Positions 28,112 through 36,564 are shown, numbered from the stretch's first letter. The stretch: 48,240 nt of DNA from an uncultured Lachnospiraceae bacterium (GCA_905233835.1 CAJOGB010000001.1:1-48240); one strand, 5' to 3'. A program made the numbers and translations. The notes: a model not told the origin generated them from the letters alone.

Positions 28112-29291
28112 AATCGACGTCACCCGAGAATTGGAAGACAATGAAATCCGGGATTTAATCCGAGAAGAAATCCTTCTTTTGGGTCAGGAAAAAATGATCA
28201 CATTGGAACAAAAGCTTCGCTTAGAACAGGAAGTATTTAACTCCATACGAAAGTTTGATGTACTCCAGGATTTGCTCGATGACGATTCAATTTCGGAAAT
28301 TATGATTAATGGATGGCGGGATATCTACATCGAAAAGAACGGTCATATCACAAAAAGCAATTATATGTTTTCATCGGAAGAAAAACTCTACGACGTGATA
28401 CAACAAATCGTTTCCATGAACAATCGTATGGTAAATGAGAGTTCTCCGATTGTAGATACAAAACTGCCGGACGGCTCCAGAGTAAATGTAATTCTTTCTC
28501 CCGTTTCCATCGACCACAGCACGGTAACCATTCGTAAGTTTCCAAAAGAGCGAATCACCATGAAGACATTGATTGAAAAATCTTCTTTGTCCCAAGAAGT
28601 CGCCGACTTTTTGGAAAAGTTGGTAGTAAGCGGATACAACATTTTTATTTCCGGGCCGACTTCCAGCGGAAAAACCACGTTCTTAAATGCGTTAACGGAT
28701 TATATTCCAAAAACGGAACGAGTTGTAACCATCGAAGACTCCGCAGAACTGCAGATAAGTGGAATCGACAACCTGGTACGATTGGAATCCCGAAATGCCA
28801 CATTGGAAGGGAAACTGGAAATCCGTATTCGTGACCTGGTAAAAGCTGCCCTTCGTATCCGTCCGGATCGAATTATCGTCGGGGAATGTCGTGGTGCGGA
28901 AGCTCTTGATATGCTTCAGGCACTAAATACAGGACATGACGGCACCTTATCAACGGGTCACGGCAATTCCTCCATTGATATGATTTCAAGATTGGAAACC
29001 ATGGTTTTAATGGCGGATGACGTGGATCTTCCCATTACCGCCATCGACAAACAAATTGCTTCCGGCGTAGACATTTTTATTCATCTTTCAAGAATCAATA
29101 AAAGCCAACGTAAACTCATGGAAGTAAACGAAGTCATCGGATACGAAAACGGTGAAGTGAAATTACAAAAACTGTTTCAATACGAAAACAAAGAAGGAAA
29201 GGATGTATGGAAACGAGTCGGAACATTAAAGCACACGCAAAAATTAGAAGCATATTTCACAGAGAACTATACGGATACAAAGCCGACATAA
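28071..29291 (+). CDS. cpaF: CpaF/TadA-family type IV pilus (Tad) secretion ATPase
   Basis: Walker A is GPTSSGKTTFLNAL, the Asp box is VTIEDSAEL, Walker B is RIIVGECRGAEA and the His box is GHDGTLSTGHGNS. Confidence 0.9.
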   Translation: MNLKERLRLQVLNKIDVTRELEDNEIRDLIREEILLLGQEKMITLEQKLRLEQEVFNSIRKFDVLQDLLDDDSISEIMINGWRDIYIEKNGHITKSNYMFSSEEKLYDVIQQIVSMNNRMVNESSPIVDTKLPDGSRVNVILSPVSIDHSTVTIRKFPKERITMKTLIEKSSLSQEVADFLEKLVVSGYNIFISGPTSSGKTTFLNALTDYIPKTERVVTIEDSAELQISGIDNLVRLESRNATLEGKLEIRIRDLVKAALRIRPDRIIVGECRGAEALDMLQALNTGHDGTLSTGHGNSSIDMISRLETMVLMADDVDLPITAIDKQIASGVDIFIHLSRINKSQRKLMEVNEVIGYENGEVKLQKLFQYENKEGKDVWKRVGTLKHTQKLEAYFTENYTDTKPT

Positions 29292-30004
29292 AAGATTACG
29301 GCATCATCCTTTTGGGAAGCCTCTTGCTGTCCGGTCTGCTCGCTTTTTTATTCTACAACTCCGTATACGGTATGGTTCTTTTTCTTCCTGTTTTTCTGTG
29401 CGTCTACCTTTTCTATTTTTATCAAATTCAAAAGAAGCGCTTGGAAAAAATTAAAACGGAATTTCGCGAAATCTTGATGACGGTTGCAAACGGTTTGTCT
29501 GCAGGCAGTTCAGTGGAACGATCTTTTGGCGAAGCAGAGGACAATTTAAAAACCCTTTACAAAAACGACTGTATTTTGCAAAAGAATCTTCACGTGATGA
29601 ATCAGAAGGTCCGGATGGGAACAGCCATAGAGAAAGAATTTTATGCCTTTTCTTCACGGAGTAAAGTGGAAGAAATCGAAACCTTCGGAGAGCTGTTTTT
29701 ATACGCAAAACGCATGGGCGGAGATTATATCAAAAACATTCGCAGATTGGCTGTTCGTATGGATGAAAGAATTGCCACAAAAGAAGAACTGGAAAGTTTG
29801 TTGGCGGAAAAAATGCTGGAGCTTCGGATTATGTCTGTGGTTCCCATCGGAATCATGTTGTATCTACGTTTATCTGCCGCATCGTTTTTGGTTCCACTCT
29901 ATCAAAACGTGGGCGGTGCCTTGGTCATGACCGGTTGTTTTTTGTTATATGTCGGATCGGTACTGTTGGGGGTTGTTATCATTCGAAATACCTTGGAGGT
30001 TTAG
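29207..30004 (+). CDS. tadB: TadB-like type II secretion system F-family membrane protein
   Basis: 265 aa. It has an N-terminal TM, a cytoplasmic helical domain (EFREILMTVANGLSAGSSVERSF) and C-terminal TMs. The start is uncertain because it overlaps cpaF by 85 nt. Confidence 0.7.
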   Translation: METSRNIKAHAKIRSIFHRELYGYKADIKDYGIILLGSLLLSGLLAFLFYNSVYGMVLFLPVFLCVYLFYFYQIQKKRLEKIKTEFREILMTVANGLSAGSSVERSFGEAEDNLKTLYKNDCILQKNLHVMNQKVRMGTAIEKEFYAFSSRSKVEEIETFGELFLYAKRMGGDYIKNIRRLAVRMDERIATKEELESLLAEKMLELRIMSVVPIGIMLYLRLSAASFLVPLYQNVGGALVMTGCFLLYVGSVLLGVVIIRNTLEV

Positions 30005-31204
30005 ATGACGGAAAAGAAAATCAAACTGCTTGTAATTGGAATGGTTTTATTTGGATTGATTTTACAGGGATATTATGCCTTGGAAAGTATGTCATCCGTT
30101 ACCGCCATTAAGCGCCCCGAGGTTGGTGAAGATGCAAAGGATATCACATTGATAATGAAAGGAGAAGATGTATATGAGGAGGTTACGTTTACGGTGGACG
30201 AACAGCTGCCGTCAAAAGAAGCCATAGACCGGTATCTGGATTTGGCAAAACAGGAAATCGAAGAAAGCTTTTTGGGGGAAAACCGCTCTTTTGATGAAAT
30301 CAGAAAAAACGTGGTTTTAAAAGACAGTTATGCTAACGGAATGGTAGATGCAAGATGGAGTTTTTCTCCTCGAAAAATCATTACAAGTGAGGGAAAAATA
30401 GAATTTGATGAACTGGAGGAAGACACCCCCATCGTTTGTACGGCGATTCTGAATGCATTCGACAAGGAGCTTAGTTATTCCTTTCCTGTATGTGTAAAAG
30501 TTCCAAACGCTAACGAAAAAGATGGTTTTTTGTATTACATCAAAAAGGTATTAAAAGAAAAAAATAAAGAGGGAAAAGAAGAATTCGTATTACCGACTGA
30601 TCTATACGGGAAATCCATCACTTGGAACCAAAAAATTCCTTATACGGGATTTGAAATCAGTCTCTTAGGTTTGTTTATGGGAATCCTTTTAATCTTTGGA
30701 AATAAATATGATTCAAAGAAAGAGGTGAAAAATAAATTAGATATGTTTGAACAGTTCTATCCGGAGATTATCAGTGGTCTTACCCTATATATGGAGGCAG
30801 GTTTATCTTCCAGGCAAGCTTTCGAAAAAATGGGGGAAATATATCAAAAGCAACGGAACAAAACCGGCATAAAAAAAGAACCCTATGAGAATATTCTGAT
30901 TTTAAATCGGGAACTTCATGACGGAAAAAACACACGAAACGCATATGAGGATTTTGGAAGACGATGCTTGCATCCGGCTTACAAAAAAATGATGTTGCTA
31001 TTCGAGCAAAACATGCGCAAGGGGAACGAATATCTCCTGGAGCAATTGGAAAGAGAAGAAAAAAATGTTTACGAAACCAGACTGAGAAAAATTAAAAGTG
31101 CGGGCGAAACAGCATCCACCAAACTATTAATTCCAATGGGCGGATTGCTTGGCATGGTATTGATTGTTTTGGTGGTCCCCGCCTTTTTTACCATTCAAAT
31201 ATAG
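30005..31204 (+). CDS. tadC: TadC-like T2SS-F-family membrane protein with an extra ~200-aa N-terminal extracytoplasmic domain
   Basis: 399 aa. TM1 is LLVIGMVLFGLIL, followed by a soluble domain, a TM, a T2SSF-like segment (YPEIISGLTLYMEAGLSSRQAFEKMGE) and a C-terminal TM. Confidence 0.7.
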   Translation: MTEKKIKLLVIGMVLFGLILQGYYALESMSSVTAIKRPEVGEDAKDITLIMKGEDVYEEVTFTVDEQLPSKEAIDRYLDLAKQEIEESFLGENRSFDEIRKNVVLKDSYANGMVDARWSFSPRKIITSEGKIEFDELEEDTPIVCTAILNAFDKELSYSFPVCVKVPNANEKDGFLYYIKKVLKEKNKEGKEEFVLPTDLYGKSITWNQKIPYTGFEISLLGLFMGILLIFGNKYDSKKEVKNKLDMFEQFYPEIISGLTLYMEAGLSSRQAFEKMGEIYQKQRNKTGIKKEPYENILILNRELHDGKNTRNAYEDFGRRCLHPAYKKMMLLFEQNMRKGNEYLLEQLEREEKNVYETRLRKIKSAGETASTKLLIPMGGLLGMVLIVLVVPAFFTIQI

Positions 31205-31215
31205 GAGGAAATCAA

Positions 31216-31398
31216 ATGTTAAATTTTTGGAAATTTAAATGGAGCCAATACATGTGCTATGAAGACGGCATTGGTGTTGTGGAAATGATTTTATTATTGG
31301 TTGTAATTATTTCTTTGGTTTTAATCTTTAAAGAAAATATCACGGATTTGGTAAATGATATCTTTGAAACCATTGAAAAAAACGCTGCAAAAGTATGA
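31216..31398 (+). CDS. flp: Flp-family type IVb/IVc prepilin
   Basis: 60 aa with AGGAGGA 6 nt upstream. The leader is MLNFWKFKWSQYMCYEDG, then IGVVEMILLLVVIISLVLIF. This fits G/xxxxE cleavage with Glu at +5, followed by a hydrophobic helix and a short polar tail. Confidence 0.8.
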   Translation: MLNFWKFKWSQYMCYEDGIGVVEMILLLVVIISLVLIFKENITDLVNDIFETIEKNAAKV

Positions 31399-32891
31399 AA
31401 GAAGGAAGCGTAACCGTTTTTCTGGGCTTGTGTCTTTCCATGATTATGAGTCTGTTTTTTTCCATGACGGAAGTGACGCGATACTTTGCGCTTACACAGG
31501 AAAGTAAATCCCTGTTTTACTCTGCGACTCAATCCGCCTTTGGAGAATACAACCGTCCACTATGGGAAAACTACGGAATTCTGGCTATCGACACCGACTA
31601 TTGCAAAGCTTACAAAGAAGACGGTGTCTGCGATGCAGTCCGTTACTATCTTTCAGACGGCTATCAAGCTAAAAATATAATACAGGAAGCTTCCGTAGAT
31701 TTTTTAAAACTGTATACGGAGGATGTATCAAAAGACAGCTGCATCTATTTAACCGATGAAGCAGGCGCGGCATTGATAAAAGAAGCTGCCCGTTGCATGG
31801 AAGGTGAACTGGCCTCTTCCGTTATTTCGGAAATTCAAAAAAACTGTGAAAATATTTCCGAAGACAGCAAAAACGAAGTGGATTTGTCCACCATATTGGA
31901 AAATGCCTCTGAGTCCCTGGATCAAACACAAGTTGAGCAGCCCCCGGAGGAAAATGAAGAAGCCTCATCCGATGAAGGCAAACCAAAACAAAAGACGCCG
32001 GAAGGAAATGACGATGCAAAAAATCTGATTCAGGCAACTCGAGAATTTATCGCCACCGGTGTATTGGCACAGGTTATTTCTGTAGACTCAATTTCGGAAA
32101 CGGTCTATACCACACCGTCACCGGTATCGGAGCGACCTCTAAATACCGGAGACGGAAGTCCCGGCTCCGTCAATGCCTTTGAACGTGCTTTGTTCCAGTA
32201 CTATTTAACAAAACACTTTTCAAATTACACAAACCATGCGCACGAAGGTGGCATGAGCTATGAATTAGAGTATATTCTTTGCGGGAAAAAATCCGATCGA
32301 GAAAACTTAGCCGGCACCGTGGAGCGACTTTTGGCAATCCGGGAAGTAGAGAATCTGATATCTTTGCACCAGGATCCAAATAAAGTTGCCGAAGCAAAAG
32401 CCTTGGCCGCCACGGCGACAGCCGTATGCCTGCATCCCGAACTGGAAGAAATCGTAAGCTACGGTATCATGATTGCTTGGGCTTATCTGGAGAGCGTTTT
32501 GGATGTACGACTCTTACTCTCCGGTGGGAAAGTATCCTTTATCAAAACGCCCGGAGAATGGACCTCGCAACTGGCAGCTTTGCCTACTTATTTCAACACA
32601 TCCGTAAAAGCAAACGAGTGTGCTTCCGGCATCAATTATGAGCAATATCTGCTTGGACTTTTTACCGTAGAACGTCAGGAAAAACTGACCTATCGCTCTA
32701 TGGATTTGATGGAAGAAACACTCCATCAAATTGAGCACTACGAAAATGTTTGCATGGATCATATGCTGGTAGAAACATGTTTTTACGGGGATTTAAAGGG
32801 AAACAGCCTGTTTTTAAACTTTGTTCCATTATATGAATCGGATGAATCCGGATACGACTTTTCATACGAGCGCACCGTTTCGTACTTGTAG
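31395..32891 (+). CDS. Large pseudopilin-like/Tad-associated protein (TadE-like hydrophobic N-terminus, acidic linker, globular C-domain)
   Basis: 498 aa with an ATGA overlap onto flp. The N-terminus is MKEGSVTVFLGLCLSMIMSLFF (G-S-x-T-V then a TM). An acidic low-complexity stretch reads QVEQPPEENEEASSDEGKPKQKTPEGNDD. Confidence 0.6.
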   Translation: MKEGSVTVFLGLCLSMIMSLFFSMTEVTRYFALTQESKSLFYSATQSAFGEYNRPLWENYGILAIDTDYCKAYKEDGVCDAVRYYLSDGYQAKNIIQEASVDFLKLYTEDVSKDSCIYLTDEAGAALIKEAARCMEGELASSVISEIQKNCENISEDSKNEVDLSTILENASESLDQTQVEQPPEENEEASSDEGKPKQKTPEGNDDAKNLIQATREFIATGVLAQVISVDSISETVYTTPSPVSERPLNTGDGSPGSVNAFERALFQYYLTKHFSNYTNHAHEGGMSYELEYILCGKKSDRENLAGTVERLLAIREVENLISLHQDPNKVAEAKALAATATAVCLHPELEEIVSYGIMIAWAYLESVLDVRLLLSGGKVSFIKTPGEWTSQLAALPTYFNTSVKANECASGINYEQYLLGLFTVERQEKLTYRSMDLMEETLHQIEHYENVCMDHMLVETCFYGDLKGNSLFLNFVPLYESDESGYDFSYERTVSYL

Positions 32892-32902
32892 GAGGGAGAT
32901 GT

Positions 32903-33751
32903 GTGGGGGTGTCTCTAAACAAGAATCATCTATATTCGAATTATAAAAATAAAAATGACGGTCTCTTCTTGCGGGATAGAATGAAAGCTATAAGAAAGAG
33001 ACGCCCTTACCCATTTTCTTCCTACGAGACCGGAAGTTATACCATTGAAGCTGCAGTATTGTTGCCTATGTTTTTGGTCTTTGGCATGTTGGTTTTATTC
33101 TGCATGAAAACGGTGTATACCCAATGGAAAGTCTCTACGGTTTTGGATCAAATTGTGGACACCACTGCTTTATACGGAGAAAACCCGGGGGATGCTGTAT
33201 TGTACGGAGCCTTTTATACCTTGGCGGCCAAGGAAAAAGTCCCGACGGAAGATATCCTGGGCGGAATTGCCGGTATAACGCTTTTTCAGTCATCCTCAGA
33301 TGACTTGCGCATCGCCCTGTCCGCCGACTATATCATTACCTACCCCATTTCCCTACTTGGAAAACAGGGTTTTTACGTATCCCAAACACGAACAGCGCGC
33401 ATTTGGAACGGTTACGACCCAACACAAAACACCTCGGAAGAGGGAAGCATTGCATTTGTAACAAAATACGGGACTGTCTACCACTTGAGTCTCTCCTGTC
33501 CTCACATCGATTTAAGCATTCGAAGCATTTCAAAAGAGCAGCTTTCCGATGCCAAAAACTTATCCGGAGGTAAGTATAAAAAATGCCCGATGTGCGGGAA
33601 AAAAAGTGATGTTTATTATGTAACGGCCTGGGGGGATTGTTATCATAGCAGTCTATCCTGTTCCGGATTAAAGCGAACAATTTACCGCATCCCACTTGAG
33701 GACGCAAAAGCATCGTACAATCCCTGTTCAAAATGTGCGGCAGGTCAATAA
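32903..33751 (+). CDS. TadE-like pseudopilin with C-terminal tandem YH-x4-C...C-x2-C modules
   Basis: GTG start with GGAGGGAG upstream (alternative ATG at 32981). The N-terminal YETGSYTIEAAVLLPMFLVFGMLVLF matches the TadE pattern. The C-terminus carries two about 45-aa His/Cys modules. Confidence 0.65.
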   Translation: MGVSLNKNHLYSNYKNKNDGLFLRDRMKAIRKRRPYPFSSYETGSYTIEAAVLLPMFLVFGMLVLFCMKTVYTQWKVSTVLDQIVDTTALYGENPGDAVLYGAFYTLAAKEKVPTEDILGGIAGITLFQSSSDDLRIALSADYIITYPISLLGKQGFYVSQTRTARIWNGYDPTQNTSEEGSIAFVTKYGTVYHLSLSCPHIDLSIRSISKEQLSDAKNLSGGKYKKCPMCGKKSDVYYVTAWGDCYHSSLSCSGLKRTIYRIPLEDAKASYNPCSKCAAGQ

Positions 33752-33765
33752 ACGGAGAAGAAAAA

Positions 33766-34197
33766 ATGGAAATTGGATGTTTAATGGGGGCTTTATCCCT
33801 ACTTTCACTGGAAGATTTAAGAATCAAAAAAATACCGATTGTGCCGTTGCTTTTAACCGGTATTGTCGGAATGATTCTTCACTTAATCTATGGAAATCGA
33901 GAAATAACGGATATCCTTGGGGGACTTTCCATCGGTTTTATACTGTATGCAATCTGCCTGATTACGAAAGGGAAAATTGGAAAAGGCGACTGCTATTTGT
34001 ATATGGTTACCGGCGTTTATTTGGGGTTCTGGAATAACCTTCTTCTGCTTTGGCTTTCTTCCGTTTTAGCCGGCGTAGTCGGTATTTCCGTTATGTTGCT
34101 GAAAAAAAAGAATCGCGATTACAAACTTCCTTTTGTACCGTTTACTTTTATTGCGGCACTTTTGATGCTTCTGGCGGGAGGAGGGAAGTTTGCATGA
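33766..34197 (+). CDS. A24-family prepilin peptidase (TadV/CpaA-like, no methyltransferase domain)
   Basis: Polytopic, about 143 aa. The first Asp context is LEDLRIKKIP and the second is GKGDCYLY (GxGD). I prefer the ATG at 33766, with GGAG 8 nt upstream, over the ORF-track start at 33733. Confidence 0.75.
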   Translation: MEIGCLMGALSLLSLEDLRIKKIPIVPLLLTGIVGMILHLIYGNREITDILGGLSIGFILYAICLITKGKIGKGDCYLYMVTGVYLGFWNNLLLLWLSSVLAGVVGISVMLLKKKNRDYKLPFVPFTFIAALLMLLAGGGKFA

Positions 34198-34418
34198 AAG
34201 AATCCCGATACTATCTCGACGGAAGTTACACCGTAGAAGCTACTGCGATATTCGGAATCACCATCGGTATCATCTTTCTTATGATTGCACTTGGATTTCG
34301 AGTTTATCACACATATTGCTCCGACATTTGTGCTTATGAGATCTCGGATGATAACCCAACTGATAAATTCCGCCTGATTACCTACGGAAAAGAATTATTG
34401 GAGGAGGTATTTGAATAA
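34194..34418 (+). CDS. Small TadE-like pseudopilin
   Basis: 74 aa from an internal ATG with an ATGA overlap onto the peptidase stop and GGAGGAGGGAAG upstream. It reads MKESRYYLDGSYTVEATAIFGITIGIIFLMIALGF. Confidence 0.6.
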   Translation: MKESRYYLDGSYTVEATAIFGITIGIIFLMIALGFRVYHTYCSDICAYEISDDNPTDKFRLITYGKELLEEVFE

Positions 34419-35557
34419 TGAATGTCAGTTACAAACGGACATCAAATAAAAACTATATGATTATTGAAGGAGAAGATTGTCCCTTGGGATTTGAAACCTC
34501 TATGTTTTTAGAAAACAAACCGGCTTCTCTTTTAGAATCGCATACCATGGAAATCAATGGTTATATTCAATATTGGTATGACATTACCGGGAAAAAATCT
34601 TTACGGGATTTCTTCGATCAGGAAGGTATCACAAAGGAGAATCTTAAGAGTGCATTTTTCGGTATTCAAAAATCACTTTTGTCTTTAGCGGAATACCTAA
34701 TCGGAGAAGATCATCTGTATTTAACTGTGGACACCATCTTTTTTGATCAAAAAACCCACGGAGGGATTTATCTTTGTTTTTGTCCACTTTCCCTTCCGCC
34801 TCATACCGATCAACTTCAATCGATTGCGCAGCATCTTATAACCACAGTCGACCATCATAATCCTGAGGCCACAAAGCTATGCTACGATATGTATGGAATC
34901 ACGGAACAAAACCGATTTTCATTATCGGATTTTATCGGGGTCTTGGACGAAGACTGCGCCAACATATTTGAATCCCGCGAACCTTCTTACGAACCCGGCG
35001 TTCCGAAAGAAATCACGGAAGAAGACATTCGTCAGGTTGCAGATGATATCGGAGAAGATTGCTTTACGGAAGAATCCGATACACATAACTCATTCTTTAG
35101 ACTTATCAAACACCGCTTTACAGAGTGGAAAGAAAAGTTATCTTCCAAAAGAGAAGAATTATTTCCGGAAGACGAATACTTAAAAGACATTGAATTTGAC
35201 GAAGTAATCCCCCGCGAGGAACCGGATACCCAAACGGTTTTACTCGCCGAAAATCCTTCCGCCTGTTGCGGAAAACTGATTCACGACACGGGGGATTTCC
35301 CGAATGACTTTTATATTTCCCATACTCCTTTTCGCATCGGATCAAAAAGCGGCGGAAATGACGCTGTCATAAACTCTCCTGCCGTAAGTCGTTATCACGC
35401 GAAGATTATTCGAAAAGACGGTGTTTATTATCTTATAGATTTAAACAGTACCAACGGAACCTTTTTAAACGGAAAAATATTAAACTACAACGAGTCGGTT
35501 CCGTTAAAATCCATGGATACCATATCCTTTGCGGATGTAATGTATCACATCATATAA
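34418..35557 (+). CDS. FHA-domain protein with a large uncharacterised N-terminal domain
   Basis: 379 aa with a TAATG overlap onto the upstream gene. The C-terminal FHA signature is FRIGSKSGGNDAVINSPAVSRYHAKIIRKDGVYYLIDLNSTNGTFLNGK. Confidence 0.8.
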   Translation: MNVSYKRTSNKNYMIIEGEDCPLGFETSMFLENKPASLLESHTMEINGYIQYWYDITGKKSLRDFFDQEGITKENLKSAFFGIQKSLLSLAEYLIGEDHLYLTVDTIFFDQKTHGGIYLCFCPLSLPPHTDQLQSIAQHLITTVDHHNPEATKLCYDMYGITEQNRFSLSDFIGVLDEDCANIFESREPSYEPGVPKEITEEDIRQVADDIGEDCFTEESDTHNSFFRLIKHRFTEWKEKLSSKREELFPEDEYLKDIEFDEVIPREEPDTQTVLLAENPSACCGKLIHDTGDFPNDFYISHTPFRIGSKSGGNDAVINSPAVSRYHAKIIRKDGVYYLIDLNSTNGTFLNGKILNYNESVPLKSMDTISFADVMYHII

Positions 35558-35583
35558 AAAAGAGACGGCCGTTGCCGTCCCTG
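35556..35583. terminator. Hairpin between the convergent FHA gene and recR (better terminator for recR)
   Basis: AGAGACGGC-CGTT-GCCGTCCCT (one mismatch). On the minus strand it is followed by TTTTTT. On the plus strand it is followed only by GATTTAT. Confidence 0.6.
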
Positions 35584-35585
35584 AT

Positions 35586-36182
35586 TTATAACTCCCGTCT
35601 GCCTTCTAAGGCACGAAGGAGTGTGATTTCATCCGTATTTTCCAAGTCGCCTCCCACCGGCACACCGCTGGCGATTCGAGTGACTTTGATATCGGTACCC
35701 TTTACCAACTTACTGATGTACATGGCAGTTGTTTCACCTTCCAAAGAAGAATTCGTCGCGATGATGATTTCTTTCACATCTCCCTGCAAACGGGTCATTA
35801 ACTCCTTTAAACGAATATCCTCAGGCCCGATTCCCTGCATGGGAGAAATTGTACCGTGAAGTACGTGATACACACCTTTGTACTCTTTGATATGCTCATA
35901 GGCTGCCATATCCCTAGAATCCTCAACAACCATGATGGTCTTGTGGTCTCTTGTCGAATCAGCACAAATCGGACAGACGTTCTGATCTGTCAGTGTAAAG
36001 CATTCCTTGCAAAAGCGGACATTCTCTCTTGCAGAAAGAATGGTTTCCGACAGTCTTTTTACATCATCCTTGGGCATATGCAAAATATGAAAAGCCAAGC
36101 GTTGGGCCGATTTGGCCCCAATGCTTGGTAAACTTGATAATTCTGCAATCAATTGTGAAATTTGTTTGCTGTAATATTCCAC
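35586..36182 (-). CDS. recR: Recombination protein RecR
   Basis: 198 aa. It has an HhH N-terminus ([15 protein letters not shown]), a C4 zinc finger ([16 protein letters not shown]) and a Toprim domain. Confidence 0.95.
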   Translation of the reverse strand: MEYYSKQISQLIAELSSLPSIGAKSAQRLAFHILHMPKDDVKRLSETILSARENVRFCKECFTLTDQNVCPICADSTRDHKTIMVVEDSRDMAAYEHIKEYKGVYHVLHGTISPMQGIGPEDIRLKELMTRLQGDVKEIIIATNSSLEGETTAMYISKLVKGTDIKVTRIASGVPVGGDLENTDEITLLRALEGRREL

Positions 36183-36192
36183 GAATTACTCC

Positions 36193-36546
36193 TTACATGA
36201 AACCGCCGAGTCCACCTAAACCGCCGGTAAGTTTTGACATCTCTGCCTGAGAAATCTCATCGATCTGACGAAGGGCTTCATTGGTCGCAGCCATGATTAA
36301 ATCCTGAAGCATTTCAATATCTTCCGGATCTACCACTTCTTCGTCCAACTCTACTTTTGTAACTTCCTTTTTACCGGATACGGTTACTTTAACGGCTCCG
36401 CCACCTGCGGTTCCTGTTACTTCTTTTGTCTCAAGCTCTTTTTGGCTTTCTTCCATCTGACGCTGCATCTTCTGTGCCTGCTTCATCAGATTATTCATGT
36501 TTCCCGGCATACCCATGCCACCCGGAAAGCCTCCTCTTTTTGCCAT
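36193..36546 (-). CDS. ybaB: YbaB/EbfC family nucleoid-associated protein
   Basis: 117 aa. [22 protein letters not shown]...[15 protein letters not shown] matches the family, and it sits in dnaX-ybaB-recR synteny. Confidence 0.9.
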   Translation of the reverse strand: MAKRGGFPGGMGMPGNMNNLMKQAQKMQRQMEESQKELETKEVTGTAGGGAVKVTVSGKKEVTKVELDEEVVDPEDIEMLQDLIMAATNEALRQIDEISQAEMSKLTGGLGGLGGFM

Positions 36547-36564
36547 GTTATCCTCCTTTGACTT

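Noticed and set aside
33336-33827. 163-aa minus-strand ORF inside the Tad operon
   Set aside because: It is antisense to the Cys-module pseudopilin gene. It has no RBS or recognisable motif, and the plus-strand gene has clear protein features.
34050-34193. Upstream part of the 122-aa ORF overlapping the prepilin peptidase gene
   Set aside because: It is Arg/Phe-rich nonsense in an alternative frame of the peptidase gene. The TadE-like sequence starts at the ATG at 34194, which has a strong RBS.
27116-35557. Calling the Tad operon a horizontally acquired genomic island
   Set aside because: No integrase, transposase, tRNA target or flanking direct repeats are visible. Hand counts of a few 60-nt samples gave heterogeneous GC (about 28-53 percent) inside the locus, so I cannot claim a compositional shift without computing it.
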